Shown here: piece after piece, positions 8,818-17,269 of the stretch
Layout: each line of letters starts with the position of its first letter
How positions within the stretch are numbered: the first letter of the stretch is position 1
Assembly (NCBI GenBank): GCA_944327135.1
Contig: CALVGQ010000084.1
Coordinates: 2,502 to 66,501, forward strand
Length of the DNA: 64,000 nt
Reading direction: 5' to 3'
Source: an uncultured Erysipelotrichaceae bacterium
GTDB lineage: Bacteria; Bacillota_I; Bacilli_A; Erysipelotrichales; Erysipelotrichaceae
Made by a program: the position numbers and the translations under genes
The notes under the pieces: model-generated
What the model saw: the letters and a program-made list of their open reading frames with translations, nothing else
Told to the model about the DNA's origin: nothing
Database searches by the model: none

Positions 8818-9579
8818 ATGGAAAAAGTATATTTAATCGACTTGGATGGAACCATGTATCGCGGAACTCAGATCATTGAAAGTGCAAAACTGTTTTTGGA
8901 TTGGTGTTTAGAAAAGGGAAAATCATTCTTGTTTCTGACAAATAACTCCTGTCGAACACCTCAGCAAGCGGCCGATCATATGTTGCGAATGGGTTATCGG
9001 GGCATTCGGCCGGAACATTTTTATACTTCTGCGATGGCGGCGGCGGATACGGTAGCGAAAAGGAGCGCAAAACGCCGAGCCTGGTATATTGGAGAGGAAG
9101 GAATGCGGGAAGCTTTGGTAAAGAAAGGATTTATACTGGATTCTAATCATCCTGATTTTTTGTTTGTCGGATTAAACCGACAGGCGGGTTATCCTCAATA
9201 TTCCGAAGCGATCCGGCTGGTACTTAATGGAGCACAATTAATTGGAACCAACAATGATCGTATCCTGCTTTCAGAAACGGGTGCCAATGTCGGCAATGGT
9301 TCTGTCGTTGCTTTATTCGAGTATTGTACTTCGGTTTCTGCAATGAAAATTGGCAAACCGTATGCTCCGATTCTGGAGGGAGCTTTGCAGTTTTTGCAAA
9401 AGCAGGCCAAAGATGCAGTGATGATTGGAGATAATCTGGAAACAGATATCTTATGCGGCATCCGTGGTGGTGTTGAAACAGTTTTGGTTACAACGGGGGT
9501 TCATCGCAAAGAGGATATTGAACGGCTTCAGATTTTTCCTGATCATGTGGTCTCTGGCTTGGATGAGCTGATTGGCTAA
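8818..9579 (+). CDS. HAD-IIA family sugar-phosphatase (NagD/YutF-like)
   Basis: Motifs DLDGTMYRG, FLTNNS and GDNLETDI. Confidence 0.85.
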   Translation: MEKVYLIDLDGTMYRGTQIIESAKLFLDWCLEKGKSFLFLTNNSCRTPQQAADHMLRMGYRGIRPEHFYTSAMAAADTVAKRSAKRRAWYIGEEGMREALVKKGFILDSNHPDFLFVGLNRQAGYPQYSEAIRLVLNGAQLIGTNNDRILLSETGANVGNGSVVALFEYCTSVSAMKIGKPYAPILEGALQFLQKQAKDAVMIGDNLETDILCGIRGGVETVLVTTGVHRKEDIERLQIFPDHVVSGLDELIG

Positions 9580-9625
9580 ACGATATTGTTTTCCAGGAAG
9601 GATTTGAGAATTGATTTTAATAATC

Positions 9626-9664
9626 AAAAGTCCACAGCTTTGTTCATGTGGACTTTTTCTTTTA
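9626..9664. terminator. bidirectional terminator between convergent genes
   Basis: Stem AAAAGTCCACA / TGTGGACTTTT with an A-run upstream and a T-run downstream. Confidence 0.75.
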
Positions 9665-10375
9665 TTGTTTCTGATTGCAGGTCTGGATAAAGCGGGCGAT
9701 GAGCGCTTTTTGTTCTGGGCGATGCTGAAGGCGTTCTGGATGCCATTGAACCGCCTGGATCCGTTCGCCTTTTTCGATTGCCTCAATAATGCCGTCCTCG
9801 CTGACAGCAGTGATCTGAAATCCTGATGCCAGCTGCTTGATGCTTTGGTGGTGATAGGAGTTGACTTCGCAGAAAGCGGGAAGGATAGTCGATAAGATGC
9901 TATTTGGGAAAACGTGAATAGCGTGAACGGTGGCCTGGCGTGAAGGCATGGGAATCTGTTTGTGCTGCTGATGAAGCAGGGCATTGATTTCTTTTCGCTG
10001 AGAAGCGAGGTCTTGATAAAGCGTTCCGCCAAAGGCGACGTTGATGCTTTGGATTCCTCGGCAAATACCAAAAATCGGTTTTTCAGCTTGATCAAAGGCA
10101 TGGATTAAAGCTAATTCAAAACGATCAAGTTCAATCCAGGAAGTTTCAATGGGATAATCGGCACTTTCCTGATAAAAAGAGGGATCCAGATCTTCTCCGC
10201 CAGTGACCAATAATCCGTCAAAATCCTCTAAAACAGACGCAGGATCGGTTCCTACTGCCAGAATATAGGGAATTCCTCCGTTATTTAAAATGGCTTCGAG
10301 ATATTCAGTGTTGTCCCCTTGACGAAGGTTGTCATTGGACATGCGCGGGGTTAAAGCGATGCGCGGTTTTTTCAT
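9662..10375 (-). CDS. class I glutamine amidotransferase / peptidase C26 (gamma-glutamyl-GABA hydrolase-like)
   Basis: Nucleophile motif FGICRGIQ and histidine motif VQWHPE. I set the start at MKKPRIAL (ATG 10375) after an AGGAG RBS. The longer track ORF (to 10513) is an upstream extension. Confidence 0.85.
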   Translation of the reverse strand: MKKPRIALTPRMSNDNLRQGDNTEYLEAILNNGGIPYILAVGTDPASVLEDFDGLLVTGGEDLDPSFYQESADYPIETSWIELDRFELALIHAFDQAEKPIFGICRGIQSINVAFGGTLYQDLASQRKEINALLHQQHKQIPMPSRQATVHAIHVFPNSILSTILPAFCEVNSYHHQSIKQLASGFQITAVSEDGIIEAIEKGERIQAVQWHPERLQHRPEQKALIARFIQTCNQKQ

Positions 10376-10460
10376 TTTATCACTCCTGATTCTCTCATTA
10401 TATTCCGACGTGAGCTTTTTTCCAACAGAAAATAAAAAATAGCTAGAGAAAAACCTTTGA

Positions 10461-10487
10461 ACCTGTTCTACTAAAAAATTATGGCCT
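10461..10487 (+). repeat. direct repeat, copy 1 (ACCTGTTCTACTAAAAAATTATGGCCT)
   Basis: Near-identical to 10581-10608, differing by one extra A in the A-run. Confidence 0.9.
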
Positions 10488-10580
10488 GTCAATAACCAGC
10501 GATAATGTCCCAAAAAAATAAAACATTAGCCGGACATTTTCCCTGAACATCTATTGAGACAATATCACTAATCAATCACA

Positions 10581-10608
10581 ACCTGTTCTACTAAAAAAAT
10601 TATGGCCT
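10581..10608 (+). repeat. direct repeat, copy 2
   Basis: Same sequence as copy 1. It abuts the TTGACT -35-like hexamer at 10608-10613. Confidence 0.9.
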
Positions 10609-10619
10609 TGACTTTTAGA

Positions 10620-10765
10620 GGGTTTCATTGTAATCTTTTCCTAGGTCGAATAGACCGGTGAACGTGGTTTCATCCTGGCCGCTTGTTTCCCCCACCCATA
10701 ACCAACGGTCAGTGATTACCCCAAAACAGAAACCACAGAGAAGACGCTTCGGCGTCTTTTCATTT
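10620..10765 (+). promoter_or_regulatory. structured 5' leader with an intrinsic terminator upstream of a Nudix gene (unassigned riboswitch or sRNA candidate)
   Basis: Nested helices GTGGTTTC (10664-10671) / GAAACCAC (10729-10736) and CTGGCCG / CGGTCAG. The terminator AAGACGC-TTCG-GCGTCTT plus TTTCATTT lies at 10741-10765, immediately before the RBS and ATG 10779. Confidence 0.5.
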
Positions 10766-10778
10766 ATAGGAGTTTAAA

Positions 10779-11288
10779 ATGGAAATTCTTGCGACTTTTC
10801 AGGATGATCAGTACCCTGCTCAGGAAATTTTACAACGACGTTTTACTGTACGCTGTTTGCTGAGGGATGAACGGGGAAGGTTTATTTTCAATCGGATTCG
10901 AGGAAAAGATCGATTTGGTCTTCGCAATCATCTGGAAACGATTGGCGGCGGCATTGAGCCTAATGAAAGCCATGAGGGGGCTTTACGAAGGGAATGCAGA
11001 GAAGAAGCAGGCTGTACGATTCAGGATATCCGACCGCTTGGAATCATTGTGGATCGTTATCATTTGCTGCACCGCGAAACGGTTTCTGCTTTTTATTCTG
11101 CCCGAGTTGATCAATGGCTAAAAGCACGGGCGCTGACTGTGCAGGAGCAGCGCTTTTGCATGACCTTGGAATTTTATTCGTTTGAGGAAGCGTTAAAAAT
11201 GCTGAATCCAGAGGGGAAAAATCAGGTTGCGTTATTGATTGCAAGGCGAGATTATGCCGCCTTGATGCAATTAAAAAACATCCGTTGA
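10779..11288 (+). CDS. Nudix hydrolase
   Basis: Nudix box GGGIEPNESHEGALRRECREEAGC. Confidence 0.88.
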   Translation: MEILATFQDDQYPAQEILQRRFTVRCLLRDERGRFIFNRIRGKDRFGLRNHLETIGGGIEPNESHEGALRRECREEAGCTIQDIRPLGIIVDRYHLLHRETVSAFYSARVDQWLKARALTVQEQRFCMTLEFYSFEEALKMLNPEGKNQVALLIARRDYAALMQLKNIR

Positions 11289-11307
11289 ATCACAGCGGAT
11301 GTTTTTT
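11272..11307. terminator. bidirectional terminator (Nudix gene / mnmM)
   Basis: Stem AAACATCCG / CGGATGTTT flanked by A- and T-runs. It overlaps both stop codons. Confidence 0.75.
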
Positions 11308-11826
11308 TCGTACTTCATACAGGATCGGTCCACCCGGATGAGGACAATAGCTGCGAAGCTGAATGGCCGTTTGAGTACGGATCCATTGAAACAGAGCAGC
11401 ATGTTCTTCTTTGCCTCCAGGGTGGCCCAGATAACAAGCCATTAATAGGGTCCCGTTTTCTGTCAGAAGATCTAACGCAGCTTGTACAGCTTGAACACTG
11501 GTTTTTGGCAAAGTAATGCAGGAGGAATCGCTGTGCGGAAGATAACCAAAATTAAAAACTGCACACTGAATCGGTTCCTGAACGATGTCCTTTAAATGCT
11601 CGTGCCCTGACAGAGAAAAAATCAAATTCTGAAAATCGGCACATCGTTTCAGCGTAGTTTCCATTGCTTGCTGCTGGATATCAAAAGCATATACTTTTCG
11701 AAAATGCTGTAGAAGAAAGAGCGTATCATTTCCATTTCCGGCCGTTCCATCAACAGCGACCCCTTCTGGATCAAGTGTTTCCAAAATCCAACGGTGACAG
11801 ACCGTACTGACGGTGTCTTTAGGCAT
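11290..11826 (-). CDS. mnmM: class I SAM-dependent methyltransferase, YtqB/MnmM family
   Basis: SAM-binding motif VDGTAGNGNDTLFL. It lies downstream of, and overlaps, a TIGR01212-type radical SAM gene, as in B. subtilis ytqA-ytqB. Start chosen at MPKDTV. Confidence 0.7.
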   Translation of the reverse strand: MPKDTVSTVCHRWILETLDPEGVAVDGTAGNGNDTLFLLQHFRKVYAFDIQQQAMETTLKRCADFQNLIFSLSGHEHLKDIVQEPIQCAVFNFGYLPHSDSSCITLPKTSVQAVQAALDLLTENGTLLMACYLGHPGGKEEHAALFQWIRTQTAIQLRSYCPHPGGPILYEVRKKHPL

Positions 11827-12751
11827 CTTTTTTCCCCTGCCAGGTGTTTCGAGCAACCATGGCTTTATCAATCTCATTGAGGACAATCGTTTTTTTGCGG
11901 ATCCATTGCGGGCCTATCAATGTTTCCGGCGCACCATCTCCAGTTAATCGCTGCAAAATGATCGAGGCGGGGATCACTTCCAACTGACGGACAACAATAT
12001 CCACGTATTGTTCTTGAGTAAGAAGCGGAAAGGATTCTTCTGCCATCTTGGTCCCTTGAATTAGATGCAGCATATGGATTTTCATGGCATGGATTGGCAG
12101 ATGGCCCACGGTTCGTGCGCTCTCGATCATCATTTCAGCGGTTTCTTGCGGCAGCCCGTTAATCAGATGCACGCAGATTTTCAAAGGTGTCGTGCTAAGA
12201 CGAAGAACAGTTTTTTTGAACTCTTCATAAGTATGACCACGATGGATATGACGAGCAGTTTCATCAAAAATGCTTTGCAGTCCCAATTCGATCCAGATTT
12301 CCTTTTTTTCTGCACAGGTACAAAGATATTCCAGACATTCTTCAAAGAGACAATCTGCTCGGGTTGCCAAGGCGATGGCTACGACTTCCGGCCGATCTAA
12401 AAAGGGGACAAGACAGGCTTGAATCTTTTCCAAAGGTCCATAGGTATTGGTAAAAGCTTGGAAATAGGGGATCGTTAAAGCCCCCGGCCATTTGTGCTCC
12501 ATAAGTTTACGGCCGTTTTGATATTGGATGAGAAGATCCTCTGAGCTTTTTCCGGCAAATTCTCCGCTTCCGGCAGCGCTGCAGAACGTACAGCCGCCGA
12601 TACCTTTGGTTCCGTCCCGATTAGGACAGCTGAAACCAGCGTTGAGCGGAATCTTTGCAACCTTACTTTTGAAGCGCTGAAGCAGATAATAATTCCATGT
12701 ATGATAACGTTTGTTATCGATGGAAAAAGGAAAAGGATTTTTTTGTCTCAT
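11819..12751 (-). CDS. mnmL: radical SAM protein, TIGR01212 / YtqA (MnmL) family
   Basis: Cys cluster CPNRDGTKGIGGCTFCS. Start ATG 12751 follows an AGGTGA RBS; the track ORF begins 9 nt further upstream. Confidence 0.75.
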   Translation of the reverse strand: MRQKNPFPFSIDNKRYHTWNYYLLQRFKSKVAKIPLNAGFSCPNRDGTKGIGGCTFCSAAGSGEFAGKSSEDLLIQYQNGRKLMEHKWPGALTIPYFQAFTNTYGPLEKIQACLVPFLDRPEVVAIALATRADCLFEECLEYLCTCAEKKEIWIELGLQSIFDETARHIHRGHTYEEFKKTVLRLSTTPLKICVHLINGLPQETAEMMIESARTVGHLPIHAMKIHMLHLIQGTKMAEESFPLLTQEQYVDIVVRQLEVIPASIILQRLTGDGAPETLIGPQWIRKKTIVLNEIDKAMVARNTWQGKKDA

Positions 12752-12790
12752 GTTCATCACCTGAAAGTATTATACACGAAAATTCAAGAG

Positions 12791-12815
12791 AAAAAGAAAA
12801 AAGGCCGAAGCCTTT
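12791..12815 (-). terminator. intrinsic terminator after the DegV gene
   Basis: On the minus strand: AAAGGC-TTCG-GCCTTT followed by TTTTCTTTTT. Confidence 0.7.
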
Positions 12816-13659
12816 ACTTTTCTATGGTTTGAATAGCGATGCATTCAGGTCCGCCCTGGGTTAAAAAGGCACAGGAAAGCAACAGCATTTCAACATCCGC
12901 TTGGGGAATGACTGCTTTGATCCGCTCGATGATTCGTTCTGCTTGGGCTTGTGCAAAACCATGACTGACATAAATCTTATGCTGGACATTGATCTTCTTT
13001 TCTACCAAATGATTGAGAATAGTCTTGACTGCAAGATCGAAACTTCGTCCTGTTGCGAATTTGCCAAGTTGTTTCCCATCGTTAACCTGCATCATGACCG
13101 GCTGCAGCTTGAGTAAACCGCCCAGCTTGGCAGCAACAGCGGTGCAGCGTCCTCCACGACGCAGAAATTCAAAATCCTGTGGTAGCAAGAAAGAAATCGT
13201 AGATTCAATTTTCTCATTTAAAATTGCGGTAATTTCAGCAAGATTTTTACCTTCATCACGAAGCTTCGCTGCTAGCTCAACAAGATAACGGTGCGGTCCA
13301 CAAAGGGTTTTGGTGTTAATGATGTGAATATGATCATTGGGATGAACACTGGCTTTTGCCCCTTCACATGAAGCATACGTTCCTGATAGCCCATCGGCCA
13401 TACAAAGTACCAGGATTTCATCGTTTCGGTGTTCTTCAAAGTAATCAATCACTTCACCTACAGCTGGCTGAGAAGAGGTGGGAATGTTACCAGCTTTGAT
13501 TAGATCATAAAATGTCTTGGCATCAATCTCTTCAAACTCTCGGTAATGCCGTCCTTGTATCGTAACTTGAAGCGGAATAACGTCGATGCCCAGCTTTTTT
13601 CCTTCTTCGATGCTGTACAGAGTAGAGGTGTCGGTAAGAATTCGCAACATAGATTCCAA
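12814..13659 (-). CDS. DegV family fatty-acid-binding protein
   Basis: 281 aa with N-terminal ILTDTSTLYSIEEGKKLGIDVIPLQV and a typical DegV layout. Confidence 0.85.
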   Translation of the reverse strand: MESMLRILTDTSTLYSIEEGKKLGIDVIPLQVTIQGRHYREFEEIDAKTFYDLIKAGNIPTSSQPAVGEVIDYFEEHRNDEILVLCMADGLSGTYASCEGAKASVHPNDHIHIINTKTLCGPHRYLVELAAKLRDEGKNLAEITAILNEKIESTISFLLPQDFEFLRRGGRCTAVAAKLGGLLKLQPVMMQVNDGKQLGKFATGRSFDLAVKTILNHLVEKKINVQHKIYVSHGFAQAQAERIIERIKAVIPQADVEMLLLSCAFLTQGGPECIAIQTIEK

Positions 13660-13680
13660 TTTCCTTTCTTAAACCATGAA

Positions 13681-14337
13681 TCAAAGGATATAATACGCTA
13701 CGGCAATAAAATGAAATAGCGTTCCCCCCAGTATGAAGCAATGAAAGAGCTCATGAAAGCCAAATTCTTCTGAAAGATTCGGCTTCTTAATTATATATAG
13801 TATACCACCAATTGTATAGCAGATGCCACCCAAGGCGATCAGAAATAAGCAAAAAGGTTCCAGTGCTTGATAAAATGCTGGAAAATAAAAAATTACGGCC
13901 CAGCCCATCAAAAGATATAAAGCAGTATAAAGAATTCGCGGAGCATTCAGCCATAAAATTTTGGCCAAAATTCCAAAAATAGCAATGCCCCAGATGACAG
14001 AAATAAAAATGGTCCCTTCTTGAAAATCAAGATAATGCAAGACAATGGGGGTGTAGGAACCAGCGATCAGCACATAAATCATCGAGTGATCAAGTTTTCG
14101 AAACAGTGTGTGATGTGGATGATCCCACGATAAAGTATGATAATAACAAGAAGCACTGTAAAGTCCAAATGCAGAAAGGGCGAAGACAACGCAGGATAAA
14201 ATCGTTTTGATGGAATCATGACGCATGATTCCCAGGACAAGAAAAGCCAAGGCTACTCCTGCACTGACTAGGGCACCGAGAAAATGGGTGTAGCTGCTGA
14301 TCGGATCCTGAACTTTTTTAAAGTACTGAAACATCAT
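13681..14337 (-). CDS. hemolysin III / PAQR family membrane protein
   Basis: Seven TM segments with H-rich motifs (SYTHFLGA, HTLFRKLDHSMIY). Start set at MMFQYF after an AGAGGTG RBS; the track ORF is extended upstream. Confidence 0.8.
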   Translation of the reverse strand: MMFQYFKKVQDPISSYTHFLGALVSAGVALAFLVLGIMRHDSIKTILSCVVFALSAFGLYSASCYYHTLSWDHPHHTLFRKLDHSMIYVLIAGSYTPIVLHYLDFQEGTIFISVIWGIAIFGILAKILWLNAPRILYTALYLLMGWAVIFYFPAFYQALEPFCLFLIALGGICYTIGGILYIIKKPNLSEEFGFHELFHCFILGGTLFHFIAVAYYIL

Positions 14338-14506
14338 AACACCTCTAATCTTTAAACTATGTAATCTAGTTATCAAAACTAGATATATTATACCATGTCG
14401 AGCGGCATTTTCAATTCCTTTCCGGGGATTCACACAGAATCACATAATTTCTGAAGAAATAGTCTTAATTCAGAATCCAAAGAAGCAGCATTTTTATGAA
14501 ATGGAA

Positions 14507-14535
14507 TTGACATAATGCGAGAAATCGACTATGAT
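14507..14535 (+). promoter_or_regulatory. sigma-A promoter of the leuS leader
   Basis: TTGACA, a 17-nt spacer, then TATGAT. Confidence 0.65.
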
Positions 14536-14541
14536 TTACGC

Positions 14542-14749
14542 ATACGCGATGAAAAGAAAAAGTAGCTGTTCAAAGTTGATAGAGAGCTGATGGTTGGTGC
14601 AAATCAGGGAACGTAGACAGTGAACTCGTCTTGGAGCAGGAACTAGAAAGGTTCCCGTATCTCTGCGATAAAGAGTGAAGGGCATGTCTTTGACATGAAC
14701 TAAGGTGGTACCGCGAAAATTTCGTCCTTAGATGTTAAGGGCGTTTTTT
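14542..14749 (+). promoter_or_regulatory. T-box riboswitch (Leu specifier) controlling leuS
   Basis: Stem I elements are present (AGAGA, GGTGCAA distal loop). The specifier region GAACUCGUCUUGG contains the Leu codons CUC (14625-14627) and CUU (14630-14632). The conserved T-box AACTAAGGTGGTACCGCG lies at 14698-14715. The terminator CGTCCTTA / TAAGGGCG plus TTTTTT lies at 14723-14749. Confidence 0.9.
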
Positions 14750-14770
14750 ATTGTTAAGGAGGAAGAGAAA

Positions 14771-17164
14771 ATGTTTGACCACAAAAAGATCGAAGCCAAA
14801 TGGCAGAAATACTGGCTGGAAAACAAAACGTTTAAAACTGATTGTTATGACGATTCCAAGCCGAAGTATTATGTTCTGGATATGTTTCCATATCCATCGG
14901 GGCAGGGGCTTCATGTCGGCCATCCAGAAGGCTATACTGCAACGGACATCATTGCCCGCTACAAACGGATGAAAGGATTTAATGTGCTCCATCCGATGGG
15001 ATGGGATGCCTTTGGTCTTCCTGCAGAGCAGTATGCCCTCAATACAGGACACCATCCAGCCCAATTTACCGAACAAAATATCAACAATTTCCGCCGTCAG
15101 ATTCAAGCTTTAGGCTTGTCCTATGATTGGGACCGTGAGATCTCGACGACGGACCCAAGCTATTACAAGTGGACGCAGTGGATCTTTCTGCAGTTGTACA
15201 AGCGGGGCTTGGCTTATGTTGATGAGATCCCGGTGAACTGGTGTCCAGAGCTGGGAACGGTTTTGGCTAATGAGGAAGTGATTGATGGAAAAAGTGAACG
15301 CGGTGGATTTCCGGTGATCCGTAAACCGATGCGTCAGTGGGTTTTGCGGATTACTGATTATGCAGAACGCTTATTAGAAGATTTAAAGCTTTGTGACTGG
15401 CCGCAGTCTACCAAGGACATGCAGATCAATTGGATTGGAAAATCCAAAGGCGCGCATGTGGTTTTTAAGATCGAGGGGCATGACAAGGAATTTACGGTCT
15501 TTACGACTCGCTGTGATACGCTGTTTGGCGCGACTTATTGTGTACTCGCTCCGGAGCATCCGTTTGTAGACGCGATTACGACAGCGGAGCATTTGGAAGA
15601 GGTCCGGGCATATAAAGAAAAGTGTGCTTCTAAAAGCGATTTAGAAAGAACGGAATTGAATAAAGAAAAAACTGGAGTCTTTACTGGTGCTTATGCGATC
15701 AATCCGGTGAATGGGAAAAAGATTCCGATCTGGATTGCCGACTATGTATTGGCCAGCTATGGAACAGGAGCAATCATGGCGGTTCCTGCACACGATGATC
15801 GTGACTGGGAATTTGCGAAAAAATTTAATCTGGAAATCATTCCCGTCTTGGCTGGCGGAAACGTTGAAGAAGCGGCTTGGACAGAAGATGGCATCCATAT
15901 CAATTCCGGCTTTTTGGATGGGTTAAACAAGGAAGAAGCAATCCGGACGATGTGCAAATGGCTCAAGGAACATCATTGTGGTGAAGAAAAGGTGACCTAT
16001 AAGCTGCGTGACTGGCTGTTTAGCCGACAGCGGTATTGGGGCGAACCGATCCCAATTATTCTGATGGAAGATGGAACGATGCGGGCCGTTGAGATTGATG
16101 AGCTGCCGCTGGAGCTGCCGGCAACGGATAACTATAAACCGAGTGCTGACGGAGAAAGTCCGCTGTCCCACTGTACCGATTGGCTGGAAGTAGAAATTGA
16201 CGGCGTAAAGGGCCGCCGAGAAACCAACACCATGCCGCAATGGGCAGGCAGCTGCTGGTATTATCTGCGGTATATCGATCCGCATAATGACGCCTGTCTC
16301 TGTGATCCGGAACTTTTGAAAAAATGGCTGCCGGTCGATCTGTATGTTGGCGGAGCAGAGCACGCAGTGCTGCATCTTCTATACTCCCGTTTCTGGCATA
16401 AGGTCCTGTATGACTGCGGAATCGTTCCGACCAAAGAGCCGTTTCAGAAACTGTTTCATCAGGGTATGATCCTTGGAGAAAATGGCGAAAAGATGTCCAA
16501 GAGCCGAGGCAATGTCGTTAATCCGGATGATATCCTGGAAAGCCATGGTGCTGATGCGCTGCGAGTCTATGAAATGTTCATGGGACCTCTGGAGGCGTCT
16601 TTGCCATGGAGCGAGACCGGACTTGATGGAACAAGAAAATGGCTGGACCGGGTTTGGCGGCTGTGGATGGAACAGGATAAACTGACTGACGAGAATGATG
16701 GAAAGCTCGATTATGTTTATCATTACACGGTAAAAAAGGTTGGAAATGATATTGAAACCTTGAATTTTAATACCGCGATCTCACAAATGATGATTTTCAT
16801 CAATGAATGCTACAAAGTTGATCGAATTTATCGGGAATATGCATTGGGTTTCATTAAAATGTTTGCCTGCTTTGCACCACATTTGGGAGAAGAAATGTAT
16901 CAGGCGCTGACCGGCAAAGAGACGATTGCCTATGAACCATGGCCGGAGTATGATGAGAGCAAGCTGGTGCTGAATGAGATTGAGATTGTCGTTCAGATCA
17001 ATGGCAAGCTGCGTGGAAAGTTCCATTGTGCTCCTGATAGCGAAGAAGCAGTTTTGAAAGAAAAAGCCTTCGCTTTGGAAAGTGTAAAGCAGCTGACCGA
17101 GGGGAAGGAAATTCGCAAGGTCATTTGTATCAAAAACAGAATCGTGAACATTGTTGTTGCTTAA
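14771..17164 (+). CDS. leuS: leucine--tRNA ligase
   Basis: HIGH-region motif ([16 protein letters not shown]) and KMSKS motif. Start ATG 14771 follows an AAGGAGGA RBS; the track ORF start at 14732 lies inside the T-box terminator. Confidence 0.97.
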   Translation: MFDHKKIEAKWQKYWLENKTFKTDCYDDSKPKYYVLDMFPYPSGQGLHVGHPEGYTATDIIARYKRMKGFNVLHPMGWDAFGLPAEQYALNTGHHPAQFTEQNINNFRRQIQALGLSYDWDREISTTDPSYYKWTQWIFLQLYKRGLAYVDEIPVNWCPELGTVLANEEVIDGKSERGGFPVIRKPMRQWVLRITDYAERLLEDLKLCDWPQSTKDMQINWIGKSKGAHVVFKIEGHDKEFTVFTTRCDTLFGATYCVLAPEHPFVDAITTAEHLEEVRAYKEKCASKSDLERTELNKEKTGVFTGAYAINPVNGKKIPIWIADYVLASYGTGAIMAVPAHDDRDWEFAKKFNLEIIPVLAGGNVEEAAWTEDGIHINSGFLDGLNKEEAIRTMCKWLKEHHCGEEKVTYKLRDWLFSRQRYWGEPIPIILMEDGTMRAVEIDELPLELPATDNYKPSADGESPLSHCTDWLEVEIDGVKGRRETNTMPQWAGSCWYYLRYIDPHNDACLCDPELLKKWLPVDLYVGGAEHAVLHLLYSRFWHKVLYDCGIVPTKEPFQKLFHQGMILGENGEKMSKSRGNVVNPDDILESHGADALRVYEMFMGPLEASLPWSETGLDGTRKWLDRVWRLWMEQDKLTDENDGKLDYVYHYTVKKVGNDIETLNFNTAISQMMIFINECYKVDRIYREYALGFIKMFACFAPHLGEEMYQALTGKETIAYEPWPEYDESKLVLNEIEIVVQINGKLRGKFHCAPDSEEAVLKEKAFALESVKQLTEGKEIRKVICIKNRIVNIVVA

Positions 17165-17187
17165 GGAGCCAAATGGCTCCTTTTTTT
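17165..17187 (+). terminator. intrinsic terminator after leuS
   Basis: GGAGCC-AAAT-GGCTCC followed by TTTTTTT. Confidence 0.85.
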
Positions 17188-17269
17188 GAAATTTGAAGGA
17201 TTCCTGAAATTTCTTTTGATTTTTTAAAGGGACTCTGTTACCTTATTGAGTACGAAGGGAGCGAGCAGC

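Noticed and set aside
10461-10608. Two 27-28-nt direct repeats could have been a mini CRISPR array.
   Set aside because: There are only two copies, the spacer is 93 nt, the repeat has no palindromic core, and no cas genes are present in the window.
14732-14770. The ORF-track start of leuS at 14732 ([13 protein letters not shown]...).
   Set aside because: These codons overlap the T-box terminator and U-tract. A canonical AAGGAGGA RBS precedes ATG 14771, and [15 protein letters not shown] is the conserved LeuRS N-terminus.
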